From: Eledone cirrhosa | Lineage: Eukaryota | Assembly: GCA_964016885.1 (NCBI GenBank) | Contig: OZ024740.1 | Location: 265,856,001 to 265,920,000 of the forward strand | Length of the DNA stretch: 64,000 bases | Direction of reading: 5' to 3' | Shown: positions 41,268 to 58,784 of the stretch, piece by piece | Position numbering within the stretch: the first letter of the stretch is position 1 | Layout of the letters: the number at the start of each line of letters is the position of its first letter | Notes under the pieces: generated by a model | The model's database searches: none | The model's input: the letters and a program-made list of their open reading frames with translations, nothing else | Told to the model about the DNA's origin: nothing | Translations under genes and position numbers: made by a program

Positions 41268-42915
41268 GTGTGTGTATGTATATATATATAGTATACTGCT
41301 TTTGTATCCTATTCAGTCTTCAAATTTTAGTTTTTGTTTGCGTTCGACTCCCCACGTTTTCTAGTTTTTTTGTTTGTGTTTGTTTCCCCACTTTTGACCT
41401 TTTTTTCTAACGTTTACTGTTTACTCTATTCTAGCCTCGATATCTTTCTATGTACATCAATTATACACTTCCCCAACTTTATAATGTGGCGAGTTAGCAG
41501 CATTGGGGGAGTTTCACATGTAAGGCTTGGTGGAATTCCGGTTCTCCCAAAGGAAACAAGGAAACCTAAACGGATAAGGAGGTAGCATCACCCGATGTCC
41601 AACAATACCAGGAGGGTAAGTAGCTTACTCAGGCTAGTATATGTAAAAACACGTTGTCCGAGGTTCACCTGGAAGCAAGTTTGTTTACTTAACATCCTCA
41701 GACCGCTAGACATAAATTAGGTAATCATCAATGGGATCAGGATTTGTGAAACGCGTACACTCTCGTCTATGTTTGAGGACTACATAACGGTGCTATATAT
41801 AGGCAGCAGCGAAGAAGTTGTATATAGCCTAATGCCGTCGTTGGAAACGTTCCCCTGAATGACTTACTCTTTAGTATTAATAGTAGCTGGAATAGTGTTT
41901 TAGGTGCAGGCTGGGGTTATTTGGCGTACGTTGTCATGAGAGAAAAAGGTAACAACATCGCAAATCGTTTCAGACTGTTTCTACTGGATGCATTTGTAGA
42001 CATACAAGAAGGGCATCTGTTCATTCAAATTGTATTTCGATTAGTTATTTTTTACCTCAATTAATAGAGATAATGCAACGTATCAGCCCTACATACCAGA
42101 ATTCTTTTCTCTACAGTGTCGACCTAGGTAGTCTACGTAGACAAAGACATGGCTACAGCAAACTGAACATGTTGTTTCCAGTGTCCTAACTCTACCCAAA
42201 TCAACTTAATGAATAAGTTAGGCGGTGATTGCCGTGTGTTGGCGCTAGTAAGCAAATTAAAAATCGATAGTGGAAAGCACGGCGATCAACGTGTTAACAG
42301 GGAAAATAGCGATTGACCATTTCTTCAAAACAAAAGGGCGCATGCTCTGAAACACAAAGGAACGAAAACTGCTCGATGGCCATGTGTGGCAGAAGCGTGA
42401 AGTAGCATCAGATGCAACTTGATGTTTCATTAGACGGGACGGAAGCGTTTTACATGATTACCTGAAGATGTGCACGGCATTTCAACAGGAGTTACTTACA
42501 TTGCTCCGAGCAGAGAATAGATCGAAAACATGAAATATTTACCGGATTACATCAAACTACCGGACGAGTATGAAATCCAGAGGGTCACAGAGGGCACACG
42601 GCCGCATTGTTTCGTTTGTGGTGAAGCCAACACCTGCAAGTCTTTTGCTCCCAACTGAATGGGTCTACTCTGAGCATGCGCCTGTAGGCTGGCTAATTTG
42701 AGAAGGAGAGGGGTGCACTTCTCAGATGCTTTCGAAGAGTCGTGTGGTTCAGGATTAAAGGGTACTTGAGTCGCCCCTGGGTGGTTATCCCTCTTATTGT
42801 GGAATTTTCAGTTTTGTATTTTTCTTGTTTATTGTTATTGTCCCCTTCTATTGTATTCTCCCCAATATGTCGGTCCTTGTGGCCAATAAATGAAACAATT
42901 ATTGTTATTATTTGC

Positions 42916-42993
<78 letters not shown>

Positions 42994-43199
42994 ATTGCAT
43001 TGGTCTTTATATCTGACACTAAAGTGTAGAAATTTGACAATTTTAAAACTATATCATTTAAATGAGTATTGCTTCACTTATGACAGGTGACAGGCATTGT
43101 GACTAGAGGAGATATCTAAATCACATATCCTTATGTAATGTCCATATATACAACACACATACAGTGTATATATATTAGATGCCGCAATATTGATCTCCA

Positions 43200-43935
43200 A
43201 CCATTTCTCCAAAGCAAATCTGCCATCTCCATTATCAGAATGCATTTATCAAATCTATAAGCCGTCTACGTAACACAAGTGACTCATCATCCAAGTGATT
43301 CTCTCTCCTTGCATCACCATTCTCATCCTCAGCCATACCTGGTTTCAATAAATACCATTCCTCTTCAGCATCCCTAACATTCTCATCACAATCTCCTTGC
43401 TCCTGCTGCCAATCATTCTCTCTGCCTTCAACCGTAGAGACGGCTCCAGCTTCTGCTCTAACCTCCCTTTGTTTTACATCTACAGCTTCCTTTAAGCGTT
43501 CACTAATCCGAGATATTTCTACCTCAGTTAAGCAGCCCTTCCTCCTAATCACCCTTACTTGATTCATTAGTTTACTTTCAGACATCTCAAACATAATCTT
43601 TTCCATCCAAAGCCCACAGTGCATCGTCCTACTCCATTTTTGCTCTTTCATAACATGCAATCAGTGTAGCGTACAATTCCTTCGCCTATTTAAGTCAAAC
43701 TGCGTGTAAATTCTGTATGTGATCTGTTGCTTGGTAACGACTGTCTGGAGCCAGATTACTTCTCCTGTTGCTGGAGGCTCCAAACAAAGTGGCCGAGAGA
43801 CCTTCACCGTGATTGGTTCTTACCTCATTCAAGCCATTAAATATTTCATTATTGTTTTGCATTAGGATTCCATGAGAGTGGTTTGTGGGGATTTTTCCCT
43901 TCCCACGAATATTTTTATTGAGACACCATCGATAT
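43200..43935 (-). pseudogene. Probable 5' part of an R4/Dong LINE ORF
   Basis: WS..M..LW.E..MFEMSESKLMNQVRVIRRKG resembles Dong/R4 N-termini. Same strand as 39.4-40.8 kb. Confidence 0.55.
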
Positions 43936-44130
43936 ATAAACAACCTTGCCAGGCTAAAACCTGTCTTTATTATCATTATCAACACCATCACCACCATCAC
44001 CATCACCACCATTTTTATTATCATTACTACCGTTATTATCATCTTCACTATCCTTATCATCACTTTCACTACCATCACTATTACCACCCCTATTGTAGTT
44101 GTGGTCTCATTACTGTTGTGGTATTGTTAA

Positions 44131-44910
44131 TTCTGAGTTCAAATCTCGATGAGGTTAACTTTGCCTTTCATCCTTACGGGGTCGATAAAATAAAGTACCA
44201 GTAATGTACTGGGTAATTGCTGGTCTTGTGCCAAAAATAGAAACAATTATTATTAGTTGTAGTAAGGGTGGTGGATTGGCAGTATTGGTAGAGGGTCGGA
44301 CGCCATGCTTTGCAGCAGAGAGTTACGGCCCTTTATGATGTGAGTTCAAATCCCGCCGAGGTTAACTTTGCCTTTCATCCTTACGGGGTCGATAAAATAA
44401 AGTACCAGTAATGCACTGGGTAATAATTGCTGGTCTTGTGCCAAAAATAGAAACAATTATTATTAGTTGTAGTAAGGGTGGTGGATTGGCAGTATTGGTA
44501 GAGGGTCGGACGCCATGCTTTGCAGCAGAGAGTTACGGCCCTTTATGATGTGAGTTCAAATCCCGCCGAGGTTAACTTTGCCTTTCATCCTTACGGGGTC
44601 GATAAAATAAAGTACCAGTAATGCACTGGGTAATAATTGCTGGTCTTGTGCCAAAAATAGAAACAATTATTATTAGTTGTAGTAAGGGTGGTGGATTGGC
44701 AGTATTGGTAGAGGGTCGGACGCCATGCTTTGCAGCAGAGAGTTACGGCCCTTTATGATGTGAGTTCAAATCCCGCCGAGGTTAACTTTGCCTTTCATCC
44801 TTACGGGGTCGATAAAATAAATCACCAGTAACGTATTGGGGTCGATTTAATCGACTCATCCCCCCACCAAATTACTAACCTTGTGCCTATACTAGAAATT
44901 ATTATCATTA
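44131..44910 (+). repeat. Tandem array of Nin-SINE, 210-bp period (~3.5 units)
   Basis: Identical blocks at 44281, 44491 and 44701. Confidence 0.92.
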
Positions 44911-44946
<36 letters not shown>

Positions 44947-44989
44947 ATAGTAGTAGTATTAGCAATACCAGCAGCATAAGTAGTGGTAT

Positions 44990-45525
44990 TCTACTTGAGT
45001 TGTGGCTATTGCTGGTATGAAGGTGAGGTCCTTGTTTGTTGAATTATTGATCCTATTGTTGTTGTTGCTGTCTGTCAAGACGACTTCGGCAGAGTTTGTG
45101 CTTCTGAAAGTTGCTGCTTGCTTCAAATGGAGGTAATTCTTCCTAGCTTCTCAAGTCAAGCATCCAACCACAATCGCTACCACTTCTACGTGTCTGATTC
45201 TCCACAGTTTCCTGTTTACTCTCTTCAGCTCTTGGTATTTCTCAACATTCTCGCTATCCATCTCATTCTCTCTGTGTCCCACGGTGAAGCAATATCCAAA
45301 ATACATGCCTTGTTATTCTTCCCATCTGCGATAAAAATGTCAGGCTTTCTAGCCACGGTAAATGGTCGCACTGGATGGTCATGTCCCACAAGATCTTATA
45401 TTGTTCGTTTTCAGTAACCCTTTCCAGTTGGTGCTCCTAACATTTGTCACTTCTCCGCATTTCATACTTATGACAGAGGTTCCAATAAATCAAGCTGGCA
45501 TTGTCGTCGTGCCTTCTCATGTATT
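44990..45525 (-). pseudogene. R4/Dong RLE domain remnant
   Basis: ILWD..ARKPDIFI.D......ILDIASPWD on the minus strand. Confidence 0.65.
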
Positions 45526-45532
45526 ATTATTA

Positions 45533-45722
45533 TGGTGGATTGGCAGTATCGGTAGAGGATCGGACGCCATGCTTTCCAGCATAGTTACGTCCCTTTACGA
45601 TCTGAGTTCAAATCCCGCCGAGGTTGACTTTGCCTTTCATCCTTACGGGGTCGATAAAATAAAGTACCAGTAATGCACTGGTGAAATTGCTGGCCTTGTG
45701 CCTAAAGTAGAAACAATTATTA
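45533..45722 (+). mobile_element. Nin-domain SINE
   Basis: Full-length match to the family. Confidence 0.9.
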
Positions 45723-46287
45723 TTCTTATTAATACTATTACAATTATTATTGTCATTCTTGTTAATGTTAATAGTATTATTATCATTAATTTTTTCATTG
45801 TTATTTTTTTTATTACATCCTCTTTTTTTTTTACACGCAGAAAGGCCCATTTGTACCGTCCTGTATTGTTCTGTACTGTCCTTAATGTCTACTTTATGTA
45901 AACCCTTGTGGTTAATAAAGAAAGCATTATTATCATTAATGTTAATGTTATTATTATCATTATTATTATTACTATTCAAATACCTTTTCTGGATAGCCGT
46001 CAACACCATGTGGTTTCTGGAATACAAGGTAATACCAAACATGAATACATGATACATGATAAGTTAACCATATATATCTATCTATATATATATATATATA
46101 TATATATGGGGGATTGTGTGTGAGTGTGTGAGTGTATGTGTCTTATTATATATATACATGCATACATATATATATTTATATACACGTATGTATATACATG
46201 TTTAGATATATACATAACTATGTATATTGAAATATGTATATTTATATATTCACACGCACATATGTATATATTTATATATATACATAC

Positions 46288-46366
<79 letters not shown>

Positions 46367-46826
46367 ATCGAACATTGCCCATTCGCCCACAAGGTCCATA
46401 CGATTTTCATATTTGTTTTTTGTTCGTTTTGTGTTTGTGTTGAAGGGTTTCTTCCTTTTTTTCTTTTTGTCTTTTACACATGAAGAAACAACATTATTGA
46501 CTGGATGTGAAATGATAAATGGAATAGCCTGAAACTAAGAGAAAATTTGCTTCTAATATTCTTGCTTTTGTATTCATGAGCAAATATCTCTTTTGTTGAA
46601 TGACCGAAAGGTAGCTTTTATACAAATTAATATTTCCCCGCGAAAAGCTGATCTCGATTCTATATATCACTAGAAAATAGTAAAAGATATGGAATTAAGA
46701 AATTCGTTATGTTCCCGAGTCTAGCGGGGAAGGAAAATCGAAAATGTCCCAAATATTTGTGTAGTAGTCAGCATTGTGTACGTGTGTAGAAAAGCGGTGT
46801 TGGTTGGTGTATATATATGCAGCCTG

Positions 46827-46866
<40 letters not shown>

Positions 46867-47376
46867 TAACAGATTAAATATATATATATATATATATATA
46901 TTATTATTATTATTATTATTATTATATTATATTATATTATATATATGCATATTATATATATGCATATAAATATGTATATATATATACATATTTATATATA
47001 TGTAATGTATACATATATATATATAATGTATACATATTATATATATATATATACATATTATATATATATATATATACATATTTATACTCGGGTGTGTTTG
47101 TGTTCGTGTGCGTGTATGTGTGTGTATGTATATGTGTGTGTGTGTGAGTGTGAATGCTTGTCTTTGTTCGTACTACTGGCACTGAGGTAAATAATTGGTA
47201 AACATCTCGATGTATTTCTTGCTATAACATTTTCTAGAAGACATCTAGAAAGTGATGTGATGCCAGCCAAATGAAAGCTGATATGTGTCCTATGGACATA
47301 GTTACACAGACAGAATTACATTAAAATATCATATATGCACACACATACACAAATACCCATACACATACACCCGCAT

Positions 47377-47426
<50 letters not shown>

Positions 47427-47457
47427 ATGCATACATTCATACATAAATACATACGTA

Positions 47458-47645
47458 CGTGGATTGGCAGTATCGGTAGAGGGTCGGACGCCATGCTTTG
47501 CAGCAAAGAGTTACGGCCCTTTGTGGTCTGAGTTCAAATCCCGTCGAGGTTAACTTTACCTTTCATCTTTACGGAGTCGATAAAATAAAGTACCAGTAAT
47601 GCACTGGGATAATTGCTGGCCTTGTGCCAAAAGTAGAAACAATTA
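47458..47645 (+). mobile_element. Nin-domain SINE
   Basis: Full-length match to the family. Confidence 0.9.
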
Positions 47646-47704
47646 TATATACATATGTGTGTGTATATGTGTGTGTGCGTGTGTGTGTATTGATAACTAT
47701 ATTA

Positions 47705-48650
47705 TCTATATAAATAAAACTGTGGTTATCTGTCTGTCTATCGATTTTTGGCACACATCTCCTCTTAGAATCTCTCACGGAATTGCACCGAAATTGCTAT
47801 ACTTGTACATTGAGCCCTAGCGAAGACATCGGGAAAAAAAATTTCAAATTGACCCACCCTATGTGACGAAATCGAATATAATGTATCGATTTTTGAGCGT
47901 AAGTTATCAGTTATTTCCCTTTGTTCTGTTTACATTGAGCGTCTTACGTAAAAAATTACGCTGGCTTTCTCAGCGTTTAAAATGACATTAACGTCAAGCC
48001 AGCAAAATATTGACCTGCAAAATTCATCAGTTCGAACACTAAACTTCCGTTTTGCTTCATTTCCATTTAAAAGCATTTTAAAACAATATTTTTACTTGAA
48101 AACAAGTCTATTTAAAGACTAAACAAGCAAATATTTCGTCGTTAGGCGTGCAGACAGACAGTCGTGCAGACAGACAGTCGTGCAGAGAGGTGATATACGC
48201 GTGCAGACAGATAGTCGTGCAGAGAGGTGATATAGGCGTGCAGACAGACAGTCGTGCAGAGAGGTGATATAGGCGTGCAGACAGACAGTCGTGCAGAGAG
48301 GTGATATAGGCGTGCAGAGAGGTGATATAGGCGTGCAGACAGACATAACTGATAATTTGGTTACGCTAATGTTTTTCTCTGCGTTGCAGTGTTTACATTT
48401 TCGATCTTTGTTAATAAATAACCAGTGCAGTTTCTATCCCCAGCATCCTCTTTTGTTATAACATTCGGGTTATCGTTATGTTTTCTTAACTTCATAAGGC
48501 ATATTGTTGGTTGAGGGAATATTAATCAAAAACACCACATGCAAGTCTGCACAGTAGACACTACAGTTTTTAAGCCAAGAAAGAAACTTAACATTGTAAC
48601 TTTAACACAGCTACTGAGCGACCCCGAGCAACGCCGGGCTTTACTGCTAG
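47705..48650 (+). mobile_element. Non-autonomous Helitron, copy 1
   Basis: A|TC start, CCCGAGCAACGCCGGG hairpin plus CTAG|T end, no TSD. Internal GTGCAGA minisatellite at 48146-48345. Confidence 0.85.
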
Positions 48651-49358
48651 TATACTATACATTATATACTTTGCATTTCAACCGTACTGGGAGTTATTCT
48701 CTATCTATATTTGTTTCACAGGTCCCGCTTCTCTCACTCTGCTCTCTCTCTTTCATCCTCTCTCGCTACTTCCCTGGGAGATATGTATGTATGTTTGTTT
48801 GTATGTACGTACGTATGTATGAATATTTTGTTTGTATGTAAGTATGTATGAATGTTGGCGTATACAAGTTGTGAACACCATTATCATAATTGTCACTGTC
48901 GCGACACGTTTTCGTCGATTAACCATGCACATACAACACCGACCCATCCATAACAGTACGTGCAAAAGTAAAATATATTGAACTTTACTTTTTAATATAC
49001 ACGTGTATCAGCTACACATAAGGTCATGCATATCTTATTATAGCTACTAACAACTTGTGCTTATTTACCAATGCCAGATCAGAGGGCCGACGACTAGGAG
49101 TTTCGTGCTTAACTGTACCCATCAACACGATTTTGTAGAGTGCAATTAACCACTATACTCCTATCCGCCGTGTCACTGATTATAGTTTCACATCTATTAT
49201 TTTAAAAAATAAACCTATTCGATACACGAAAATTGAATACATATATGGAAAGTCCGGTCTATGTTTGCGAATCTATATAAGTATAAACGTATTAGCATAT
49301 TGATAACTATATTATATACTATACATTATATATTATATATATATTAACTATATATTAA

Positions 49359-49424
<66 letters not shown>

Positions 49425-50919
49425 GTGTGTGTGTGTGTGTGTATATATAAAAACCTTCTAAATGGACTCAACAACAACTTACAATTTACAATGGAATACA
49501 GACATGAACAGCTTCCTTTCCTCGGCATCCTCATCAAGATAACAAACAACAAAATAGAAACAGACATATACTACAAACCCACAGACTCCAAACAATATCT
49601 TCCATTTAACTCGTGCCACCCTCGCCATAGCAAAATGGCAATTCCTTATAACCTAGCCAGAATGATCTGCACAATAGTTTCAGATAAATACCCATGCTAC
49701 ACATGACTAGAAGAATTAAAGAACACACTTATCAGCAGAAACTACCCACCATCCCTAATCAACAATGGATTCCAACGTGCCCTAAAACTCAACATCCAGG
49801 AACTCAGACACCCCAAACCCAGGGATGAACCGAAACAGAAAACTCTACCATACATCTCCACACACAACCCCCTCAACAATGAGGCATTCGTCACCATCCT
49901 CCAGAACATTGCTTTACTAAATAGAGACCCAAGAATGAACAAAATCCTCGAAACACACAGCATCATAAAGAGCAAAAGACAACCTAAATCCATAAAAAAC
50001 ATCCTCACACAAGCCACAATCCAACCAACCCTCACAATGAACCCTACAGTAAAAAGAATGCGGAAGGCCCAACTGTGGTATATGCATAAATCTAATAGAC
50101 GGTTCAACATTCCATTTTAAACAAGGACAAACATTTCACAGTTAAATACAAATTTACATGTGCATCTGAAAACCTAATCTATGTTTTGACCTACTCAGGT
50201 TGTCGAGAGCACTAGATTGGACAGACAAAAACAGCGTCCGACAACGTATGACGGTCCATAGATCACAAATCAAAATACAGGAATACAGAAAGATTACTTT
50301 TAGTGACCATATCGCCAATTGTGCACCTAACCAACATCCAAACTTTAAAATGTTTCCCATTTACAAATTCATAGACAACGCTTCTTTCATCCATCGTACC
50401 AATAAGGAAACGTACTTCATTAACAAATTCCAACCTTTATTTAATGGACTAAACTTCGAACTAAACTAAAACTGGAACGAACAATGAACCAAAGCCCCAA
50501 TTCCTGTTCTCTAAAGAGTTACCCCCCTCACACCCTACCTAATCTTCTTATATAAATGAATTACCCCTTCTCATCTCTCTTTCCCCTACATGACCACCCT
50601 GAATTACCTCCTTCTGCATATTAACTCTCTAAAAAGGGAAAACATATCCAACCCCAGATTACCATTTGTCTCCATCATGGATCAACCAAGCCCACTTGCC
50701 ATAATAACACTTTGGGGACTGCTTATCCTCAAGAACTATGCCTGTAAATAATATTATTCTTTCTTTCCCATTACCTTATCATGTTCCATATCACCACCAT
50801 TTTCTTCTTTTTTCTTTTTTTTTTATTCTTTTTACTTCAAAAACCTTGTTTGTAAATAATATTATTCTTTCTTTCCCATTTCCTTAACATGTTTAAAATC
50901 ACATTATCTTCTCTCCAAC

Positions 50920-51972
<1,053 letters not shown>

Positions 51973-51992
51973 TTAGTATATATATATATATA

Positions 51993-52110
51993 TTAAAATA
52001 ACAGATTAAAGTTTAAGCAAAGAATTGCTGCTTTCACCCTTAACGGGATCTTCTGAAACTAAAAAAATCAATCTGTGAACGCAGAAGTAAATATTTCGAA
52101 AGACGTTTCA
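51993..52110 (-). mobile_element. 3' tip of PLE family A with CAGAAGA hammerhead (52010-52060)
   Basis: Reverse complement of ~1210-1328, inserted in (TA)n. Confidence 0.85.
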
Positions 52111-52819
52111 CACTATATATATATATATACACACACTATATATACATATATACACACACACACACAGCGTCATAATGTTATAATGCAGACAGCCAGACAT
52201 ACAGGGCGCAATGTTATATCTATGTATCTATCTAAAAAGAAAGACTAAAAATGATAGAGAGAGGTCGCTAAATCGCCTAATGCGGTCCCTAGGGTATTGA
52301 CAATTTGAAATTTCTTTTTCTGAAAACACTCACAGGACCATAAATATTACATGTGTAAAGTTTGAAAACAATCGGTTGGGTGGTTCTCGAGTTTTAGGGA
52401 GCTGTCAGACAGATAGACATTCTCTGTTTAAGATATATAGATATACACACGTGTGTGTGTGTGAACGCTCGTGTGTATTTTTGTGTGTGTAGTAAATCCA
52501 GATATTTATGTAGTTTTCATATCAATTAAGTCTCTTATAATTTTTTTCTAGGACCAATCGCCTGCATGTCCAAAGGGTATCTGAAAAGAACTTCATATAT
52601 ACCATATTGAAAAGAAAATTCGAATATATCTAACTAAAACCCACACAAAGAGAAGAATCGTAAAGGTTCCTTTCTTTGTATTTAAAATATGGTCCGCCAT
52701 TGGCCTTATTTATTTTCCCTCATTTATTTATATTGTTAAGCAAAACAGATGTATACACAAACACATATCTATCACTCTCAATCTTTACACCCCTTTTCCC
52801 TACATACGCATATATACGT

Positions 52820-54085
<1,266 letters not shown>

Positions 54086-54329
54086 AGATTACGTAGGATT
54101 CAATGAAGCACAGAACCGAAGAATGGCACAAGCCTAATACGAAATATTGTCTAGAAATGCTTGGGGACTGTTACATGTACAGGATTATATTTAAACAGTC
54201 TAACACTAAAGAAACACACATACAAACCTATAAACTAACAATAACAGCACCCCACGAAATAAAAAAAATGATAATCTGTAACAGCAACAGCATGGCTAAT
54301 ACGTATACAAATGTTTATAATAAATGATA

Positions 54330-54349
54330 AGAATGATGACGATAACGAC

Positions 54350-54397
<48 letters not shown>

Positions 54398-54541
54398 AAG
54401 GATGATGACGATGATGACGATGATGACGATGAAGAAGAAGAAGAAGAAGAAGAAGAAGAAGAAGAAGAAGAAGAAGAAGAAGAAGAAGAAGAAGAAGAAG
54501 AAGAAGAAGAAGAAGAAGAAGAAGAAGAAGAAGAAGAAGAA
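54330..54541. repeat. (GAT)n(GAA)n microsatellite
   Basis: Direct inspection. Confidence 0.95.
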
Positions 54542-54552
54542 ATATTATTTTC

Positions 54553-55050
54553 AATAATTGTTTCTACTTTTGGCACAAGGCCAGCAATTACCCAGTGCAT
54601 TACTGGTACTTTATTTTATCGACCCCGTAAGGATGAAAGGCAAAGTCAATATTATTTTCAATAATTGTTTCTACTTTAGGCACAAGGCCAGCAATTACCC
54701 AGTGCATTACTGGTACTTTATTTTATCGACCCCGTAAGGATGAAAGGCAAAGTCAACCTCGGCGGGATTTGAACTCAGATCGTAAAGGGACGTAACTATG
54801 CTGGAAAGCATGGCGTCCGACCCTCTACCGATACTGCCAATCCACCGCCCTTTTCAATAGTGGTGGATTGGTAGTATCAGTAGAGTGTCGGACGCCATGC
54901 TTTGCAGCATAGCGTTACGTTCCTGTACGGTCTGAGTTCAAATCCTGCCGAGGTTAACTTTGCCTTTTATCCTTACGGGGTCGATAAAATAAATAACAGT
55001 AATGCACTGGGATAATTGCTGGCCTTGTGCCAAAGGTAGAAACAATTATT
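54553..55050. mobile_element. Head-to-head Nin-SINE pair (54661-54850 minus, 54861-55050 plus) plus ~107-bp partial duplication
   Basis: Family sequence on both strands, about 10 bp apart. Confidence 0.88.
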
Positions 55051-55266
55051 ATCAATATAACTCTTTGGCACAAGGCCAGCAATTTCAAGATAAGGGAATT
55101 CAATTATATCAACTGATGTACTTTATTTTCCCGACCTTGGAAGTGATTTCAATCAATTCCGAACATAGAGAGAGATAACTCAATGCTGCAAAGTATTTGG
55201 TCCGACGGTTTTCTACCAATCCATCGGGTTTCTTTTAAGTAGTAGTAGTAATAGTAGTAGTAGTAG

Positions 55267-55321
<55 letters not shown>

Positions 55322-55322
55322 T

Positions 55323-55456
<134 letters not shown>

Positions 55457-55560
55457 TGTTGTTGTTGTTGTTGGTGGTGGTTTCTCATTAACATAATCGT
55501 AATCTACACCCACGAAATTATATGTCGGTAAATGTATTTCATTTAAAATTGTATATATTA

Positions 55561-56493
55561 CTAGCAGTAAAGCCCGGCGTTGCTCGGGGTCGCTCAGTAG
55601 CTGTGTTAAAGTTACAATGTTAAGTTTCTTTCTTGGCTTAAAAACTGTAGTGTCTACTGTGCAGACTTGCATGTGGTGTTTTTGATTAATATTCCCTCAA
55701 CCAACAATATGCCTTATGAAGTTAAGAAAACATAACGATAACCCGAATGTTATAACAAAAGAGGATGCTGGGGATAGAAACTGCACTGGTTATTTATTAA
55801 CAAAGATCGAAAATGTAAACACTGCAACGCAGAGAAAAACATTAGCGTAACCAAATTATCAGTTATGTCTCTCTGCACGCCTATATCACCTCTCTGCACG
55901 CCTATATCACCTCTCTGCACGACTGTCTGTCTGCACGCCTATATCACCTCTCTGCACGACTGTCTGTCTGCACGCCTATATCACCTCTCTGCACGACTAT
56001 CTGTCTGCACGCGTATATCACCTCTCTGCACGACTGTCTGTCTGCACGACTGTCTGTCTGCACGCCTAACGACGAAATATTTGCTTGTTTAGTCTTTAAA
56101 TAGACTTGTTTTCAAGTAAAAATATTGTTTTAAAATGCTTTTAAATGGAAATGAAGCAAAACGGAAGCTTAGTGTTCGAACTGATGAATTTTGTTCGTGT
56201 ATTGTGTTAATGTCATTTTAAACGCTGAGAAAGCCAGCGTAATTTTTTACGTAAGACGCTCAATGTAAACAGAACAAAGGGAAATAACTGATAACTTACG
56301 CTCAAAAATCGATACATTATATTCGATTTCGTCACATAGGGTGGGTCAATTTGAAATTTTTTTTTCCGATGTCTTCGCTAGGGCTCAATGTACAAGTATA
56401 GCAATTTCGGTGCAATCCCGTGAGAGATTCTAAGAGGAGATGTGTGCCAAAAATCGATAGACAGACAGACAACCACAGTTTTATATATATAGA
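55561..56493 (-). mobile_element. Non-autonomous Helitron, copy 2 (near-identical to copy 1, inverted)
   Basis: Reverse complement of 47705-48650, inserted between A and T. Confidence 0.85.
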
Positions 56494-56791
56494 TTAGGGG
56501 GGAGAATTGGCAGAGTCGTTAAGACATCGGATAGAATGCTTTACGATATTCGTCCTACCTCATTGTGCGTCTGAGTTCAAATCGCGCCGGGGTCAACTTA
56601 CCTTTCATCCTTTCGAGGTCAATAAAAAGAAAGTACCAGACCAGTACTGGAGTTGATTCTTCCTCTATAGCAAAAAGGGAGAGGGTTGGCCCGCCTGGTT
56701 TAAAAGTGCCCTAGACGCGCCGTTTGACGGTACCACTACGACTCCACAAGGAATTATGGGATCTTTATCCTTATTCTATATTATTAGGAAA

Positions 56792-56832
<41 letters not shown>

Positions 56833-56970
56833 GCGAGGGCATATATATATATTTGTGTGTGAGTTAGGAAAAACAGGCAAGACATGAGTAGATTGTATAA
56901 TTAAATAAGTTTCTCTACTCACACCTTTCCTGTTTTTACACATATATATGCGCTCGCATATATATTTATC

Positions 56971-58753
56971 TTGGAGAACAATTACTTCGTTTTCAATAAC
57001 AAACCCTACAGGCAGAAATCTGGGACATCTATGAGAACGAAAACAGCCCCCACTTATGCCAACCTAGTCATGGGATACCTGGAAATCAGCCTCTACACTA
57101 AAGTACTAAACAAATTTGAAAACACTCTCCACTTACACATAGAAAGGAACTGGAAGCGATATCTAGATGACTGCTTCATCCTTTGGCACGAAAACATCGA
57201 GAAACTTAAAGAATTTCACACCCTTAAAAATGGGCTCAACACGAATATTAACTTCACGATGGAATACAGCCATCAACAACTTCCCTTCCTCGACATCCTC
57301 ATTAAGATCCATAACAAAAAAATAGAAACAGACATATACTACAAGCCCACAGACTCCAAGCAATATCTTCCTTTCAGCTCTTGCCACCCTAGACACGTTA
57401 AAATTAATATTCACTACAACTTAGCCAAGAGAATGTGTACTATAGTCTCCAATAAAAACACCTGCTACTTACGGCTACAAGAACTAAAGGATACACTCAT
57501 AGGCAGGGACTACCCTGCATCACTAATTGACAATGGAATCCAACGTGCCCTAAAACTCAGTACCCAGGACCTTAGACACCCTAAAGTAAATCACCGAAAC
57601 TAAAAGCTCTTCCATAGATCTCCACACACAACCCCCTCAACAATTAGGCATTTGATACCATCCTCCAGAACATCCCTGTGTTGAAAAAGGACCATAGAAT
57701 GAACCAAATCCTACGAACACACGATATCATAAAGAGCAAAATACAATCTAAGTCAATGAAAAACACCCTAACACATGCCAAAGTACTGCCAACCACAACA
57801 ACGAAACCCACAGTAAAAAAAATGCGATAGACCCAGCTGTGGCATATGCATCAACCTAATAGAGGGTTCGGAATTCTATTTCAAAGAAGGTCAACGTTTT
57901 ATAGTAAAACACAATTTCACATGCGCATCTATGTATTAACTTGCTCAGGTTGTCGAGAACAATACATAGGCCAGACCAAAAACAGCCTCCGCCAACGCAT
58001 GACTGTCCATAGATCCCAAATTAAAATACGGGAATACAGGAAAATACCGCTGAGTGAAAAACATTGATACCTGTGCCGCCCAAAATCATTCCAACTTCAG
58101 AATCTTTCCCCTCTACAAATTTAAAGATAATGCCACCCACACACAGCGCATCAGCAAGAAATCTCACTTTATTAACAAATACGGACCCCGTCTAAGCACT
58201 TCTCCCTAAGACGAACCCACAACATACACACGTCAACATACATACCTACATCAGCATACATCTCTATCCACATATAAACACAATGACATACGTAAACATA
58301 CATGTTCTATGGTGCAACTCAAATATACACAAATTTGCATACCTTTTGATGTCTATAGATGTGTGCCGACACATACATATACGCACACATGCATTGCACA
58401 CTGATGGGCACATACATATTTGTACACAAGTATTCCAATACGGCAGGGCCTAATGGATTCCCCTTGCAGTACGTACAATCTGGACACTCACACACACCTT
58501 GGTATTATGCCAATACTATATATCATTTCACACCTTTTATTATTAAGGTTTTTGATGTTCTATTGAGAGAATCGTTTTTACTGAAAATATCGAATAATGT
58601 ACACTATTTTTACCAGTATCACAAAAATACTGGTCCGCCCACACACACACACACATTCTCACACACACACACATACATATATATACACACATATATACAC
58701 ACACACATACACACGCGTATATTAACATACAAAGAGACACACACACACACACA

Positions 58754-58784
<31 letters not shown>

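Noticed and set aside
45533-45620. tRNA gene
   Set aside because: Box A/B belong to a SINE head; there is no cloverleaf and the sequence continues into the Nin domain.
48146-48345. CRISPR-like GTGCAGA repeats (also 55865-56065)
   Set aside because: Minisatellite with no unique spacers, inside a Helitron in eukaryotic DNA; no cas genes.
54311-54664. Acidic D/E-rich protein
   Set aside because: (GAT)n(GAA)n microsatellite running into a SINE.
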